Of a stretch of DNA of 64,000 bases, positions 62,583-64,000 are shown in pieces (the stretch's first letter is position 1; each line of letters starts with the position of its first letter). Source of the DNA: a bacterium. GTDB lineage: Bacteria; Patescibacteriota; Minisyncoccia; UBA6257; Colwellbacteraceae. Position numbers and translations under genes: made by a program. The notes under the pieces are model-generated. The model saw nothing but the letters and a program-made list of their open reading frames with translations, was not told the origin of the DNA and made no database searches. The stretch is from positions 74,334-138,333 of the forward strand of contig JAJYME010000007.1 in NCBI GenBank assembly GCA_021787205.1, given 5' to 3'.

Positions 62583-64000
62583 ATGGATATCAAGGAGTAC
62601 GTAAAGCTTTATCCGGACAGCTTGATCGCCAGAAGCTATGCTTTTGCCGAGAAGGCCCACTCCGGGCAAAAAAGAGCTTCAGGCGAGGCTTACTTCGAGC
62701 ATCCAAAAAAAGTGGCCGCCTTCCTGCTTGAATGGAACATGGACGAGGAGACGATTGCCGCCGGACTTCTTCATGACGTAGTAGAAGACACCGAATGCAG
62801 CATGGAAGATATCAAAAAGGAATTTGGCGATCACGTCGCCTTTCTAGTTGACGGCATTACAAAGCTCGGACGCGTCAAATACCGCGGGGAAGAAGCCCAA
62901 AGGGAAAATATCAAGAAATTGATATTAGCCTCCTCGGAGGATATAAGAGTCCTCATCATCAAGCTGGCTGACAGGTATCACAACATGCAAACATTGAAGT
63001 ATCTCAAGCCTGAGAAACAGTATCGCATCGCTCTCGAAACTTACGAAATCTACGCCCCCATCGCCTATCGATTAGGAATGCAGCATCTCTCCGGAGAACT
63101 TGAAGACCTGGCTTTCCCCTATATCAACCCCGACGGATACAAGTGGCTCATTTCAAACGTCAAAGTCAAATACGAAGACAGGGAAAAATACCTGCACCGG
63201 ATCAAGCCGATTGTCGTCGCCGCCCTTAGGGATGCGGGAATAGAACCGGTAAAAATAGACTTCCGCGCTAAGAGATATTCAAGCCTTTACAAGAAGCTCG
63301 TCCGCTACGATATGAACATCGAAAGGATCTATGACCTTATCGCCTTCCGTATAATCGTCAACTCGCTAGCCGACTGCTATGCTGCCCTGGGGGTCATCCA
63401 CTCGCTTTGGCCGCCGGTACCGGGACGATTCAAAGACTATATCGCCATGCCAAAACCAAACGGCTACAAGAGCTTGCACACGGTCGTCTTCGGAAAAGGA
63501 AACCAACATCCGATAGAATTCCAAATCAGGACCCAGGAAATGCACGAGAGCGCCGAGAACGGAATCGCCGCCCACTGGGCTTATGAGGAAAAGAAGGGTA
63601 CCCAGGATTACTCGGAGAGAATCGCTTCCATTGCCAAGGAGAAAGAGATCCAATGGGTAAAACAACTGAGAAACTGGCAGAATGAATCATCAGACGACCC
63701 AGATTTCATCGACTCGATGAAAATTGATTTTTTCAAGGACAGGATCTTCGCTGTCACTCCCAAAGGAGAAGTGATCGACTTGCCAGCCGGAGCCACACCA
63801 GTCGATTTTGCTTACAGAATCCATTCGACCGTCGGCGACCAGACGATAGGAGCGAAGATAAACGGCGACGTGGTGCCCTTGGATGCCGAACTCCACTCCG
63901 GAGACGTTTGCGCCGTCGTCACCCAGAAAGGAAAGAAACCTTCATCCGCCTGGCTTGAATTCGTAAAGACCGCCCATGCCAAACAGTGCATCAGAAGGGC
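62583..64000 (+). CDS. RelA/SpoT-family (p)ppGpp synthetase/hydrolase; N-terminal part, continues beyond the window end
   Basis: Hand translation from the ATG at 62583 gives MDIKEYVKLYPDSLIARSYAFAEKAHSGQKRASGEAYFEHP...LLHDVVEDT, the HD hydrolase motif, and later a synthetase-domain region. Absent from the ORF track because there is no in-window stop. Confidence 0.85.
   Translation, partial: MDIKEYVKLYPDSLIARSYAFAEKAHSGQKRASGEAYFEHPKKVAAFLLEWNMDEETIAAGLLHDVVEDTECSMEDIKKEFGDHVAFLVDGITKLGRVKYRGEEAQRENIKKLILASSEDIRVLIIKLADRYHNMQTLKYLKPEKQYRIALETYEIYAPIAYRLGMQHLSGELEDLAFPYINPDGYKWLISNVKVKYEDREKYLHRIKPIVVAALRDAGIEPVKIDFRAKRYSSLYKKLVRYDMNIERIYDLIAFRIIVNSLADCYAALGVIHSLWPPVPGRFKDYIAMPKPNGYKSLHTVVFGKGNQHPIEFQIRTQEMHESAENGIAAHWAYEEKKGTQDYSERIASIAKEKEIQWVKQLRNWQNESSDDPDFIDSMKIDFFKDRIFAVTPKGEVIDLPAGATPVDFAYRIHSTVGDQTIGAKINGDVVPLDAELHSGDVCAVVTQKGKKPSSAWLEFVKTAHAKQCIRR

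Noticed and set aside
1-64000. CRISPR array or cas genes
   Set aside because: No run of regularly spaced identical direct repeats was found. The only short tandem and direct repeats are the tRNA-end duplicates and the 74-bp pair at 15.8-16.06 kb, which has a single spacer and tRNA-derived content.

Overview
AT-rich, gene-dense window in which almost every gene is on the minus strand. Its content looks like a reduced-genome bacterium, possibly Patescibacteria/CPR-like (inference from gene content; no taxonomic search was run). Recognisable housekeeping genes: pheST, two RluA-family pseudouridine synthases, an RlmI-like methyltransferase, a UvrD-helicase/PD-(D/E)XK-nuclease fusion, ftsEX, prfB, pyrG, lepA, secA, hpf, gatCA, ligA, the rpsF-ssb-rpsR operon, greA, a ribosomal/rpoA block (infA-rpmJ-rpsM-rpsK-rpsD-rpoA-rplQ plus rplM-rpsI), alaS, recO, rplS, murI, dprA, topA and a partial relA/spoT. 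Eight tRNA genes were found by hand-folding. Accessory content: (1) a five-gene surface-protein cluster at 19.7-26.8 kb whose largest member is a tail-fibre-like protein with a phage-type intramolecular-chaperone (peptidase S74-like) domain and which appears split by a 1-nt frameshift; (2) a four-gene type IV pilin/pseudopilin cluster plus DsbA, PilO-like, dprA and ssb, a DNA-uptake theme; (3) a HicAB toxin-antitoxin pair. The most unusual signal is non-coding. A conserved ~100-nt core with a perfect 9-bp hairpin (CATAAAACC-TCTC-GGTTTTATG in two copies) recurs three times in the same orientation, always next to a minus-strand tRNA. It is bracketed by a direct copy of that tRNA's 3' end on one side (exact at two of the three loci, degenerate at the third) and an inverted copy of that tRNA's T-arm/acceptor 3' end on the other. 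Further partial tRNA-3'-end duplications, an ATCCCGC(C)-stem hairpin family, a 117-nt nested palindrome in the alaS 3' region and a GC-rich ~330-nt putative structured RNA upstream of murI are also reported. No CRISPR array, integrase or transposase was seen.
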